63,681 nucleotides of DNA, filler included, from Olpidium bornovanus S191 (GCA_017911155.1; 28 parts of 28 records of this genome joined end to end with filler, not necessarily neighbours in it); one strand, 5' to 3'. Counted from the whole stretch's first letter, positions 36,916-50,400 are shown. The notes: a model not told the origin generated them from the sequence alone. Made by a program: numbers and translations.

Positions 36916-37679
36916 ATGTCCCCGCCCTACACCGTCGTCGTCCCGTTCGACGACAGCGCAGGGTCCAGGGAGGCCCTGTGGAAGGCCGCCAGGCTGGTCT
37001 CGGTGCTGGCAAACCCCAGGCTCGTCGTGCTCCACGTCACCTGCCTCAACGCCCCCGCAAGGGTGCCCGGTCTCGACGGCGTCGAGAAAGCCAGCAACTC
37101 CGACATCAGGAGGGCCTCCGGCGACCAGGTCGATGCCTGCAAGTCCTACCTGGCGAAGCTCGAAGTGGCCTACGAGTGGTTCGCGATCGAAGGCCACGGC
37201 ACCCCGGGCCAAGTCATCGAGTCCTTCATCAAGGAGAAGGTCCCCGAGTGCGACCTCGGTGAGCTTTTGCAAAGAAAAAAGATAAAGAATAAAAGTAAAG
37301 AGGAAAAGCAAAAAAGAAGAAAAAGTAAAAGGAAAATATTTCCATCGCCGCGCTGGCCGCGCTGATCGCCGGCGCTTTTTCTTTGATGTTTCAAACCCTC
37401 ATGTCCCTTCCCCCCGTCTTTTACCTTAGTTATCATGGGGACGCGCGGCCTCACCGGATTGAAGAAGTGGGTCTTTTTGCTGGCGCCGTGCTTCCCTCGG
37501 GCCTGTGTCGCATGCGGCCCTTTGCAAATCTCCATTGCTGATCCCGTCCGTCACACCCTCCGGACTTTTCTCCGGGCGCTCCCCCTTCCCCCCCAATATA
37601 AAGGGTCATCCTGGGTTCTGTCTCCGAGTACTGCGTGGCGCCCCTCCGTTGCCCTGTGGCTGTGGTGCGCCCCGCCTAG
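36916..37679 (+). CDS. Universal stress protein (UspA-like), complete, 3 exons (36916-37258, 37430-37466, 37604-37679)
   Basis: MSPPYTVVVPFDDSAGSREAL...LVVLHV...GTPGQVI...CDL/VIMGTRGLTGLK/KVILGSVSEYCV...CPVAVVRPA*. Canonical USP motifs are present and the splice phases are consistent. Confidence 0.93.
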
Positions 37680-38059
37680 GACTGGCTCGATTTTTTCTTT
37701 CTTTGTTTTTTTTTTGTTGTGAAACGCGGCCGACTAAAAGAAAAACCGCTCGCTGCTGCTTGGCCCGATCATCGAGTAGGGGTCGTGGTGGATTTTTTTC
37801 TGGTTTTTGTTGGAGCCTGAGTGGTAAGCACCCGGGAGGTCACATGACAACAAAGCGCCGAAGTTGACAGGGCCGTCCTTCTGGGAAGGCTCCGGATACT
37901 CCAAGTAAACAAACGCGTACAGAAGAAACCTTCCATAGCACGTTATCAGCACCATCTGCTTCTGCTCCCCCTGTGTCTTGGCACCTTGCTACCGTCATCC
38001 CTGCCATCTCAATGTGCCCGTCGACCCCGTCGACCTGCCCACCACTCCGTGAACGCCAA

Positions 38060-38482
38060 GCTTTGCCAAACTGCCAGCCGCTCGACCGTGCTAACTTGCA
38101 ACCATCGGGTGCAATAGAATGACGGCCTTGCTGAAACCCTTGCCGATTCCGGAGCGCCTCTGGCAGGAGATCTCTATCAATTTCGTTACCCACCTTTCGG
38201 ACTCCAACCGCAGCACTGCTGGTCAGGTCATCACAGACCGCCTAGGCAAAGGGGTAATGTATGACGCAACCAACGACCTGTCGGCTATGGGATGTGCTGC
38301 GCGCGTTCTCCAGACCTATGTCCGCCACCATGGCCTACCGTGTGCCATAACCAGTGACCGTGGAAGCCAATGGGTAAGTGCCTTTTGGAAGCGCGTGTGC
38401 GAGCTCACCGGCATTCACCGACAACTGTCCACAGCCTATCACCCGGAAACGGACGATGCGACAGAGCGCGCCAACCAGGAGA
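38060..38482 (+). mobile_element. Degenerate Ty3/gypsy integrase fragment
   Basis: GLLKPLPIPERLWQEISINFVTHL...ITDRLGK...HHGLPCAITSDRGSQWVSAFW...LSTAYHPETDDATERANQ. Conserved residues are substituted, so the copy is decayed. Confidence 0.9.
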
Positions 38483-38893
38483 NNNNNNNNNNNNNNNNNN
38501 NNNNNNNNNNNNNNNNNNNNNNNNNNTTAATTAATTAANNNNNNNNNNNNNNNNNNNNNNNNNNNNNNNNNNNNNNNNNNNNCGGTCGCGAGCTCGTACA
38601 GCTCGCTGACTTTCACGACGATCTCGGTTTTCTTGTTGCAAACCAAAAGGTAGTCCTGGGGGTTTTGGGTACGAAGGGGGGGAAGCGGGAGGGAGCGGGC
38701 ATGTTGGACAATTGCCGCAGGATTCATCGCTGCCCGAGACAAGATGGCGAGCGGGTCCCGCAGGGGGCAAGGGGGGGGGGGGGGGGGGGGGAGGGGGGGG
38801 GGGGGGGGAAAGGGGGGTGGTGTCTTTTGCAGCCGGCGCAGGGAAAATGAGGTATAGGACAACATATATCAACGAAATGTCACAAACGCGCAG

Positions 38894-39678
38894 GGCGGCA
38901 AGAGATCGTCATGTTTTTCTACCTGTACATGAGCTGCACGTTCTGCGAGTTCTTGCTTGTAAGCGAGATAATCCACCCGGCGAGCTACATTTATCCCGTG
39001 AGTTGCTCCCTTCTCTAACTTACGATCCTGCCGCTGGCTCAAAGTCTTTGCAACGCGCGCCGATAACTCTAACGCCCTCTCGGTGGCCCCGGGCTTTCCT
39101 TTAGTATTTCGCCGCACTGCACGTCGCCCTGATCGACGCAGCGTGCTGGTGTCTCCTTCTAAACGGTTTTGTCGGCTTCCAGTTTTTCGAGGACGGAACT
39201 CTGGCTTCGATATGGGCGTTCAGGATCAGCTCGCTCCTTATCGCCGTGGCGGCATACTTCGTCGCGATCGCCACGTTTACGGAGTGGAACGGCTTCTCGA
39301 GAACGTCGCCGGTTCCCCTGTGGATCGTGTACTTCGTATTCAACGGAGCGGCAGTGACGATATATTTCCTTATGCAGATTGTGCTAGTTTGGCAGAAACT
39401 GGAGGAACATTGGCCGATAGGTGAGTCTAGGGAGCCAGAAACCTTCAACGCCCGGCTTCCGGTGGGCCTCTACCGAATTTGCTTTGGCTCTGATCATAAC
39501 CCCGATTATTTTTTTTTTCGTTTTCTTTTCGTCATAGGCGTCATTTGCGTTGCCGCCATCTTTTTCGCAATCGGCCAGGTGATCTACTTCGCCCTCTCGA
39601 CCGTGATCTGCGAGGCGGGCAGCCACTATTTTGACGGGCTCTTTTTCGGCAACCTGTGCGTCCTGCTCGCCGTCATGA
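38894..39678 (+). CDS. CHS7: Chitin synthase export chaperone, spliced fragment
   Basis: GRQEIVMFFYLYM.../YFAALHVALIDAACWCLLLNGFVGFQFFEDGTLASIW...IYFLMQIVLV...WPIG/...FFAIGQV...HYFDGLFFGNLCVLLAVM. Confidence 0.93.
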
Positions 39679-39778
39679 NNNNNNNNNNNNNNNNNNNNNN
39701 NNNNNNNNNNNNNNNNNNNNNNTTAATTAATTAANNNNNNNNNNNNNNNNNNNNNNNNNNNNNNNNNNNNNNNNNNNN

Positions 39779-41070
39779 CATGCTCAACTGATGCCGGACG
39801 ACCGCCTGACGACAGGCTTGAACGAACCAACCCCCGACTGCAAAATCAGCGTTGACGACTTGCGGGACAGCCTGCCGGAGGTGTCCGAGAACGACGTGAG
39901 ATGTACGTGCAGTTTTCGCAATCTGTGACCAGTGTTCTTGCTGCACCTGCCGAGACTCTGCTTATCGGCTGCAGACTTCGAGCAGGAGGTCTCGGCGATT
40001 AAGGCAGAATCGCGCGATGCTAAGGACAGCATCGTCGTGGACGTCGTGGCCGGACTGCAGCAGAGCGCCGCCGTCGTGCCGTTCCAGAAGGCGTCGTTGG
40101 AGGAGGAGTTTTTGCGGACAATGTCAGGTATAGTTTGTGTTTTTTGCGAGTTGCGTTTTAAGGGGAGAAGCGCGGCTTGACTCATATTTTCCCGATCACA
40201 ACCGCGGAATCAAGCCGTGCTCGAACCGAGTGGCGAAGGTCAGTTTTGCGCCGCTGTGACGCCATGATCCGCCTGGTACCTGTCCAGCGGATGTAAACTG
40301 CAGCTCAATATCCGTAGCCCGCCAGGCTGCACTGGCTCACGTCATGACACACCACAGACGCAAGGACACCCGAAGGGCGCCCGCCGGGCGCCGGTTCGCC
40401 GAGATTCGCGCACCGGCAGAAAGACAGGCCGCCGCCGGACAAGCGACGGGTTTTGGAGGTTTTCGAGTACGAAAACGGGCTGGCGACGCCGACGCCGGGC
40501 GAGTCGCCGTCGGAAACGGGCAGTCGGGGAAAATCCGACTTTGAGATGTGGACGGGTCGATGCGACGAGCTTCAAAGGGTGCTGCGAGAGGAGTTCGTGA
40601 AGCGGGAACAGCTGGAGCAGGAATTCGCGAAGCTGAAGGCGCATTACATGATGTGCCAGGAGGAGCGGAAGAAGCTTGCTGCGGAGAACAGGAACGTACG
40701 TCGAGAATCCCCCCCCCCCCCCCCCCCCCCTCCCCTTTTCCTCGTTACCTGATTCACGCCGACTTTTTTTTTTTTTTTTTTTTCGAATTGGGGGGGGCGG
40801 TTTTTTTCCAATCGGAAATCAGCTCGCGCGCGAGCTGGCGCACCTGCCGCAGCTGGAGGCGAGGCGGCGGGCGCAGCTCCAGGAGTCGAACTCGGCGTCC
40901 CTGAAGCGGGCGGTCGACGACCGCGACCGGTGCGCCAGGGAGTTGGAGGACGCTCGTCGGCAGCACGAGCTGGCGCGGCTGGAGGACAGGGAGGCCGTGG
41001 ACGAGCTGCGACGCGTGCTGGCTGATGTCCGGCAGGAGCGCGACGAGCTGCGGACCAAGCTGCTCTCGGT
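39779..41070 (+). CDS. Hypothetical coiled-coil protein, spliced fragment
   Basis: Successive exons flanked by GT/AG with heptad-rich E/R/L sequence (ELQRVLREEFVKREQLEQEFAKLKAHY; ARELEDARRQHELARLEDREAVDELRRVLADVRQERDELRTKL). Family not recognised. Confidence 0.65.
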
Positions 41071-41623
41071 ATGCTGGGGTATACCAGCAACCTGACGCGC
41101 CTCTGGTCCCCTGGAACCAGTTCCGGCGTCAGCTGCCGTGGTTCGACCATACGTACACGTAATTCCGGTGCATCTATGTATTATGTTACCAATTAAACCC
41201 CGCCAATATGGGGGGGGGGGAGGACGGAGGAGGACCCTTTTGATCGGGGCTTTAAATGATTAAGAACTCTGTTACGCTGCGCGCGTGTGGGCAGTACAAC
41301 TTTGCTAGCGCATGTGTGCGCAGTACAACTTTGCTAGTAAAGTTGACCGGGAATTGACTCGGCAACGGAACCGCGGCCCGCGCACCCCTCCCCCACCCCC
41401 CCCCCCCCCCCCCCCCCCCCCACCCGGGGCCCCCCCCACACCACAAAGATTCAAAAAAAACACCACCCCCCCACACGCCCCCCTGCACACCCCCCCAACA
41501 CAACAACGCACCACCCCATGTCCNNNNNNNNNNNNNNNNNNNNNNNNNNNNNNNNNNNNNNNNNNNNTTAATTAATTAANNNNNNNNNNNNNNNNNNNNN
41601 NNNNNNNNNNNNNNNNNNNNNNN

Positions 41624-43821
41624 CATGACTTTGCCGAAGTTACCTTTGCCAAGAACGGCAAGGAAATTGAAGTCGTCTAGACCGACCTTCCTAGGAGGCC
41701 GAGCGAATTTCTGCTGCTTGCTAACCTGCTGCTCGTAGAAACCTTTTAGGTGTTGGCCGGCCTGGTATCGCGGCTGTTGCTCGCCGGCGTCGACCATCTG
41801 TCCTGCGTTGTCGGCGTAACCGTACGCGGCCTGCTGAGCCTGGACCGCGTGGTGGCCTGCAGTCATGGCCACCGGGCCGCCGTTCGCGTACTGCGGGTGC
41901 GGCGGGGCTCCCTGCGACTGTTGTTTCGAAGGGTACCGCCCGGCCAAATCTGACTGCTGCTGAGCTTGCGCCGCCGCAGCCGCCGTCTTCTTCTCTGCGG
42001 CCACGCTTTTTCTCCTCTTCGCGTCCCGAATCTCCCGGAGGATCTTGTTCGCCATTTCCATCGACATGCCGCAGAAGTCCGGCACTAGATGCGAGCATTT
42101 GGTGTGGCTTGTAACGTCGCATTCCGAGCACTTCTTCGCCCCCTTGCGGCCGAGTGGAAGCATGTAGCCACAATGGCAGCACCAGTTTGCCGACAGATTC
42201 GTCATGTCTTCAAACCTATGGGGGATGCGGTGGTTCAACCTGTCCTCATCCTTTCCCTGTAGATGAGAAGGCGTCAGACGACCGGCCAACTGGAATTGAT
42301 CTCGCGGAGTTTCGACCATACCATGTCTCCGGAAGCCTTGCTAATGCACTTTGTCACGACTTGCGGGTAACATTTCTTGTGGCATGTAAAACGGCAATCC
42401 TCACATTGGTAACCGCTGGCTGATGCCAAAAAATCGCCACATAATGCACACTTCATGATCTGGTAGAACTGCTGAAGGCTGAATTTGTGTCCGTTCACTT
42501 CCTGAATTTCTTTGGCTGGCACGCGTTTTCGCACCGCACCATGCCGGCCAAGTCGTGACGCTTGCCGGCGCCTACCAGTCTCGACTTGAGAGGCAAGAGA
42601 CAAGATCATTGTCAGACGCGAAACTGCCGATGCCTGAGCTAGCTCGCTTTCTCCTGTGACTCTGGACTCACCGAAATTTAGTTTCAGCCCAAGTTGGCCA
42701 ACGGGTTCCACGTCCCATACGTCCTCTATACCGTCACCTTGCGTGGGCGGGCCTGGTGGAGCCGGTGAAACTGGTGCGGAAGGATCGCCTCCTGGTGAGG
42801 TGGGCCTGATCGAAAGGTTCTGCACCCCTTCCAGAATACCGCTGGCAGGCGCCCACCCGCCTGCAATCTTCGCCTTCGTTCTCAGCTCGTCCGCAATGTC
42901 GTATATTTTAATCCAAAGCAGGCCAATCGGCAAATGGCTGTCGATGCCACCGGAGAGCCTGTCATACAGTGTGATCTCGATCTCGGACGCCCGGTCCACC
43001 TGAATGTCAAAGTCTTCGTTCCACTTGATCTGGCCGTTGACGGCCTTGGCCGCCTTGGTTTTCCCGCGCACCACTCCGTCGATTTTTATCACAACGTGCG
43101 TCTCCGTAAATTTGACCCTCGGCGCGTGAGAAAGATAAGATGCAGAGAGGATGCGGATGGAGAGGTCACCCGTCATAGGTTTCCGCGCGCCGGGATTCCG
43201 GCGTGGCCTTTCACCTGGTGGCGGAAGCCCCGCGCCTTAGGAAACAAAAGTCAGCTTGAACGCTTCGAGTTGATGACCCATGCAAGCGTTTACAGATATC
43301 GCAGCAGCGGTACGCACCGTCTTCGTCTTCGTCCTCGCCAACGTAGAGGCCCTGGTATTTTTGCAGTGCCTGTTTCAACAACAGAATCTTGTTATTGCTT
43401 TCCTGCTGCTTGGCGGACAGCTCTGCACGGTCCTTCTTATCGCCTATAGCCTTGTCCGCGTTATATATTTTGCTGAGATTCTCGGTGCCTTTCTTGACTT
43501 TCATCTCCACATCAAGTTTGAATGCGATTTCGTGAAGCCTCATGTTGACCTTCTCCGGAGTTATGGTGGCGTCTGTCTTGATGAGCTCTACAAGGCAGCC
43601 TTGTTGAGCACACGCACGCGAAGTGACTAAGCGCAATCGTAGATGACTGTCAAAAATAGGCTCGCACCCAAGTTACTGTAGCTCGGCTTCTTCGTCGCAT
43701 CCGACAAGTTGGGCGTGCTGCCGCTACGCGGCAGGCCAGAATGCTGAGGCGGAGTCGCAGACAAATTCTGCCCAGACACGGAACGGGGTAACAGCTTCGA
43801 CGTCCACGAACTTTCTCCATG
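41624..43821 (-). CDS. PKC1: Protein kinase C (fungal Pkc1): HR1b, C2-like, C1a, C1b and start of the kinase domain; both ends truncated
   Basis: LIKTDATITPEKV...KLDVEMKVKKGTE (HR1); GHKFSLQQFYQIMKCALCGDFL...CEDCRFTCHKKC (C1a); HRIPHRFEDMTNLSANWCCHCGYMLPLGRK (C1b); KVGLDDFNFLAVLGKGNFGKVM. Confidence 0.98.
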
Positions 43822-43949
43822 NNNNNNNNNNNNNNNNNNNNNNNNNNNNNNNNNNNNNNNNNNNNTTAATTAATTAANNNNNNNNNNNNNNNNNNNNNNN
43901 NNNNNNNNNNNNNNNNNNNNNCCCCCCCCCGCCCCTCCTCCCCCCCCCC

Positions 43950-43994
<45 letters not shown>

Positions 43995-44146
43995 TCCTCC
44001 CCTTTCTTTTTTTCGAAACCCCCGCAAGCGCGGGGGGGGGAAGGGCGCAGCCCAACAACGACCGAGACTTGCCCGGCCCAAGACGGGCAAAACGACGCCC
44101 CGAGAAATCGCCCCTCCTCTCCCCCGAGAAATCGGCCGCCCGTCAC

Positions 44147-44336
44147 ATGCAGGCGCCGAATGCGCAGGGCGCCGATCGCCCCCGGGCCGCAGCGGCGGAG
44201 GGCGAGCGGCCGCGGCCGCTGGAGGAGGGCGCGTCGTGGCTTTCGCGGCTGGCGTTCCACTGGGTGACGCCGCTGATACGCTACGGATACAGAAACGAGA
44301 TTAAGGAGAACGAGCTCAACCACCTGCCGTTAGTCG

Positions 44337-44371
<35 letters not shown>

Positions 44372-44950
44372 GGCGTCTGCCCCGTGCCGGCGTCATGACA
44401 TTCTGAAGGCGATTTTGGAATGCGTTTCGCTCCGGGGTTGGGGGGGAGAGGAGGGCGGGGGGGGGGGAACTTGTCGACTAACTCTCGCGCGCGTCGCCGG
44501 GTTTGCAGTGAGCAGGACAACTGCGTCCGCCTGGCGGACGCGATGGAACGAGAGTGGCATAACGTCAAACGAGAAAACCGCCGGAGGTGGTGCTTGGCCC
44601 GCGTGCTGTGGCGGACGCTGGGCGTGCAGTACTTAATGGGCGGCGCCGTCGGGCTCCTCGAGTCGTTCATGAAAATAGGGGAAGCGGTCGCCCTCGGCAG
44701 GATCACCGCGTTCGTGCAGCGCCCCAACGCGGACGTAACGGAGGTGCGGACGGGGGGATCCACCGGTGTCCCCTTTGCACACGCAAAATTCCAAGGGGGG
44801 CATCCCTGTGTTTTTGCGATTTTGTTACCGGCGACTTTTTTTTTGTGTCCTGCTAAAATAATTGGTAAAAAAAAACAGGGATACCTCTGGGCCATGGCCA
44901 TGGCTTTGTTTTCGTATGGACATGCGGTGACCCACCATCATTACTTCCGT
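44147..44950 (+). CDS. ABCC/MRP-family ABC transporter, N-terminal exons (L0 and start of TMD1)
   Basis: RPLEEGASWLSRLAFHWVTPLIRYGYRNEIKENELNHLP/...LADAMEREW...LARVLWRT...ALGRI.../GYLWAMAMALFSYGHAVTHHHYF, which resembles ABCC4-type short MRPs. Confidence 0.88.
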
Positions 44951-46454
44951 GCGTGGTTGTCTGGACTGTTCTGCTTGGAAGACGCTGCAAAACGGCCCGC
45001 ATTTAATGTTCCGCGCTATTTTCACGCAAAATCGTGGTGCANNNNNNNNNNNNNNNNNNNNNNNNNNNNNNNNNNNNNNNNNNNNTTAATTAATTAANNN
45101 NNNNNNNNNNNNNNNNNNNNNNNNNNNNNNNNNNNNNNNNNCATGTCGCCCACTTTGATTGCCCATACGAAATAAGGCCAAAAGGAATCTGCACTTTCAA
45201 CCACGCTCTCTACAATTCACATTGAATATTTCAAATACACTTGGATTTACTATACATCGGTGAGTTCGCTCCGTCAGAGATAGCGCCAGGGTTACCCCCT
45301 GAGGCTTACTCCGGAAGTTTTAGCCGTAGGGTTGCCCCTGAGGTTTACCCCGGAAGAAACTTTTTCACATTTCTTGTGCCCATTTAGCCCGAGTCCGGTT
45401 CCGGACTCGGCGGAATATCATCAAGATCACCACCAACATCGGTGAGCTTGGCTCCCTCAGAGAAGGTCTCTTAGGGGGTCGCCTGAGCACTCTGCAATTT
45501 TGGATTTTTTGTGTCTTATATAGTAATCAACAACCATACGATAGAACTACTCCTCCTTTCCACTGGCGTTCAAATAAATAAACACCCCAAAGGTGCTCTT
45601 CCTCACGCTGTCGACCATCGTCGGCCCCACAAGGTTAGATTCTGCATCAGATTCGGCGCTAAAATAACGACAAGATTTCTTCGGGCGACATCAATAAAAC
45701 AAAAAAAATTTTCAGGCACCGTCAATCGAACTAACGGACATTCCACCACTTCGGCGTGAGGCCCGCCTGTGCAAAAGTCCTCCTGTACACCCCCGTCGTC
45801 TTTGGGGAACCCGCCAGGTCACGTTCGAGCAGCCAAAAATAAAAACCCCCCGTCTCGGCCAAAAATAAAAGTTGTTTTGGCCGCGAAGTTCATGTCATGA
45901 TAATTGGGAAAAAAAACCAGTGAAAATGCTGATAAGGGTGTGTGAACCGGGATGAAGGAGAAAAGGTGAGGGGGAGGGGGAGCCCCTATTTTGATGAGCT
46001 GGGCAGGCGAGAGCCCCTTGTTTGAGCTCTAAGAAAAGGCTGCATCCGAGGCTCGTTCTCTCACCGCAGTTTCACTTGTTTTCTCCCTGTATCCGCATCT
46101 CGAAGCTGCGGTGCCGAATGCAGGCCAGCATCTGGACGGCCCACAAAACTGTACGTGATGGACGAGGAGGGGGGGGGGGGGGTAAAGACGAGGTGCGAAA
46201 TAAGGGCGAAACGATGGCATTACGCATTTATTATTTTTGTTTGCGGCACAGCGAGAGATAGAGAATGAGAGAGCGTTAACACTCCCTCTTCGAACTTCTT
46301 CCCCGCCCACCACTGACCCCCCTTCCCCCCCTTCCTCCCCCGCCATCCCGAAGCGCCTCGTTGCCCCTCTCACAAGATAAACGAAAAAAAAAAACCGAAG
46401 AGGAAAAATGTTCTTTTCACCCACCGACGTGCGAGCACGAGACCGCAATGACTC

Positions 46455-46636
46455 CGGCGCGGACCTTGGGCTTGTCATAGATGTCGTGCTCGAGCTCCGT
46501 TTCCGGTTTCTTGAACGAGTAGCACATGATCGTGATGATCATGGCGATGTTCAAGGCAACCAGAAGCACGAGGTTGACGCACATAAGCGTGATGTTGTTC
46601 TGTGGGGGAGGTTCCAAGAAGAAAATGGGGGGGGGG

Positions 46637-46667
<31 letters not shown>

Positions 46668-47478
46668 AGCCCCCCGCCGGCCGAATATCAATTTTACCAC
46701 GAAAAGCAATACGGAAGGAGAGGGGCGGCAAAATCCTGCAGGCTCACACGCACACACTCGACACGTACTTTCAAATGGGCCACCAGAGCGAACAGCTGCG
46801 TCATCAGGAAAACCCAAACAAGAACAGGCAACACCTGGTTGTGGTCGTCGTCAAATCCGCATAACCAATGCGCACCGCCGATTTCGCAAATTGCGGTAAC
46901 CTAGGGAGCGAGAAACCGATACAAAAAAAAAGACGGAGTCCCCGCCCCACCCGTCCGTGTTAGAAGCGCGTTTGAAAGTTCGTCGTCACTTGGCAGTGGT
47001 ACGAAAAGCGAAAACAAAAACCGGCTTCCCCCTTCTCACACCCCCCCCCCTTTTCCCCCCTTCGCCATCTTACGATCCACAATCCTCTGTTTCCGGCGCG
47101 CGAGGGGTTGCGAGATATAAACGCGATAGGCGGGGCGGGGGGCGGGTTGTGTCCGTCAGCCATAAAAAAAAAGGACCGAAAAAAAAAAGAAAAAAAGAGA
47201 AAAAAAAATTGATGGAAAAACGGGGTCCATTGTTACCGGCGATTCTGGCAGCAAACAAAAAATAAAAAAGGAACCCTCAAAGAACAGCGGTGCTTCCCCC
47301 CCCCCCCCAACACTCACATGACGCCGACGGCAAAAGTTCTTGGGGCGCTTGATCCCGTGTTGTCCCGTCCGCCGACCTCTGCAGCCTGGTCCACCGCGTC
47401 GACGTGCTTCTGCCCCTTGCCCGCGAAAGCAGGCTCCGAGTTCGGGGTGCAGACGTACGTTCCGTCTCCGGCGGCCAT
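46455..47478 (-). CDS. Hypothetical multi-exon membrane protein
   Basis: ATG at 47478, exon ending at a GTGAGT donor near 47316. A later exon encodes the hydrophobic NNITLMCVNLVLLVALNIAMIITIMCYSFKKPETELEHDIYDKPK. The exon chain is only partly resolved. Confidence 0.45.
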
Positions 47479-50400
47479 TGTGTTTAGAATCTTTGGCTGG
47501 ACCTTGGGGACTCACAAGGGGTGGACAAAGAGAATGGCTCGGGCGGTGGTACGAACAGAAGGAAGCGCGCGCCGGAACACATCGCCGCCGCCCCGCCCTC
47601 CCGTTCTTATGTGACCTTCAAAAAAAATGCGCGCTCCCTGGTGCCGACTGCTTCCCGCACTTTGCGCCCAGCGTCCCGGTTCGCGTTCTCCTCCCGGCTC
47701 CCGCGCCCCTGCGCAATCCCCCCTTTCCCGCCCCCTTTCTTTCCCTCGGGCTGAGAGAGCGTGGCCACGAGGAATTTTTCCGATGCCGGAGATTAAACGT
47801 TTGGGGGAGGAGCGGGAGAGGTTGTCAGCGCCACCGACAGTGGGAAGAGCGAAAAACGCCACCCCACGTTTGCGCCGGCGGCCCCCCCCCACCCCCCCCA
47901 CCCGGGTTTAGGGGTCGCCGCCGAGGCCCGCGACGGGGAGAACCAACGCTCATCCCACGTGGGGCGGGCACGGGGTAACCCCTCCTTTCTCCGGCCATGG
48001 GGTGCGTTCCTGCTGTTCGGCGAGGCGAGCGGTTTTAGCCGAGTTTGCCATTGGAAATGCCAACAAATTCCGGTTATTTGCAGGTTCGGGAGCTTTGGCG
48101 GGAGCAAGAAGTCNNNNNNNNNNNNNNNNNNNNNNNNNNNNNNNNNNNNNNNNNNNNTTAATTAATTAANNNNNNNNNNNNNNNNNNNNNNNNNNNNNNN
48201 NNNNNNNNNNNNNCATGACAAGAGCTCTCCAATGCCCCAAATATTATCCCTGTACGATGTCCGGGTACTGAGAACACAGCATATTTCTTTAGGTAACAAA
48301 AAAGCGGAAATCAGACCGTTGTGTGTTGTTCCTGCCCTGATCATAGATCGGCGATCTAATCGACGAGATCAGGTTATCGGGTCTGATTATAAGACCTACG
48401 GTGAACCCTCGCACTATCTTTGACGGAGCAAAACTCACCGTGGTGTAGCAAGCGGAGCCATCCTTCGTTTGATCGCCTTATCGTCCCTTTTTCTCCCCAT
48501 CGCGGCGTATCCGCCGATAGGCCATTCGGGCCATCGTCGCCAGACACATCGGCCCCTTTTTGCATTTACTCGAGTATTTCATTGTCCAATTCATTCGTTC
48601 TCCCCCATCCCCCCTAACGATTACAACAATTTCTGTGATCCTTAGCAAGAACCTCTCTCGGGCACACTTCCCAACGAGCATGTCGGCGGGTCACTCGAGC
48701 GCCCGTTCGAACGTATCGAGCATTTGTCCGTTCGTTTACAAAGGCGTCCGCGCGTCAGAGCGCCCGGCGGGCCATTTACCCAACTGCCTCCTCGCTGTCG
48801 TCGATAAAATCCGAGTTATCCGACACCACTTCAAGGCGGACCCATGGCTTTTCATGAACTTCCATGGCTGTTTCATGAACGGGTTCCGCGCTTCTGCACA
48901 GTACGGGAAGATGGCCTTTGGTCAAACAGCTCGCGCCGCAGTGAGGCGTCTGGTGATCGGCGTCCGTCCAGTCCGCCGCTCCTACGGCGCACTCAGTACA
49001 CGCTTTCGAAGTGCACGATCGAATGTCCTGGCTTTTTTCCGCGTGCGACCAAAATGGTCTAACTTGCCGGAAGCCAACCTACCAGGGACAGTTACCCTCT
49101 CTTAGACGGGGACATTTTCAAAAATTGTTTCGCCGAGCCAACACAGGGCAATGATTGGGGTAGGGACGGCGCGCCTCTGCCGCGGCGGGTTGGCACCCAG
49201 GGACCGTCGTGACAATCTGGCAGGCGGGTCCTGTTTTCGGATTTGCAGATTGCGTTTCTGGCTGCCGCCGGGACGCCAGGTGTGTCGTGGTCCGGACAAC
49301 CGCGTCTCGGCGCTCAAAGCGCGCGGCAGAAATTGCTGGACGCAGGCTGCGCGCAGCCCGGCAAGATACGGTTGCGTCGTCTGGAGGCAGGCGGAGAATC
49401 CGTTGCAACAAATATATCGCCGAACTAACGCAAAACGCGCTGAAAATCTTGTCCGTCGCCGGGAAAACAAAACAGACCCCGCTGCGAACGCGCTCACCTC
49501 GCCTGCCCGGGCCCCAGTTTCCGGCAGTGCAGGAAAAAGCGCCGGTGCGCCTGACGACATCATACCAGACGGCCGGAGGCTTAAACCTAGCAGCTTTCGA
49601 TTGTGGCCAGACGCCTGCAGCCGGCGTGGCGCGTGCACGCGCTCTCGCGTCCAGCTTGGGACGGCCGGCTTCCCTGTTCCGGGGTCAGCGGAGAACCTCC
49701 CACGGATAAAGGGAAAGAGGAAAACCAAAAAGAAAAAAAAGAAAAAGATTGAGAGAAAAAAAAGAAGATAATGCATGTCTCCACCGTGCTGCGCGAGAAC
49801 CCCAATTTTCGCGTGCTCTACGAGGACCTGCTCCAGAGACAGGCGGAAGGGGAGCAGTCCGTATTCCTTGGCTTGACCACCCCAGCTGACAGAGTGAGTT
49901 GGTGCGCGGGAGAGATCGAGAATTCCCCCTTTCCCCCCTCTTCCGCCCGTCCGCTCCGTGACCAATTCCCGGCGGAGCCTCCGGCCCAGCGCCTGCGGTC
50001 TGCGAGCAAGTCGGTCGACAGCGCACCGATGCTGCGGCGACAAGTCGTGCTCGCTGGACGTCGGCGACTCGGCGACCGCGGCGGTGGAATTTGGCCGCAC
50101 AGCGGGCGCGCACGCCCACAACGCGCTCGGAGGCGGCGTGTCCCGAAGGCGGCCTTTGTCCAAGGAAAAAATGCGTTGGGGCAGGACGGGACCTGTTCAG
50201 GCGTCCAACGGCGGTCGACATTTAGCTGACAACCTCGACGGCCGTCCGAGCATTCCAGGGTCTCCAAAGGCTGCGGTATCTGAAAGCGTATACACTTTAC
50301 GCAGCTCTCGAGGAGGTGGAAATCAAAAGCCGCGTTGGGAAGCAAAATGGGAACGCTGATTCTGGTGAGGGACCGGTTGTCAGCCCGGACAGCAGCTGTT

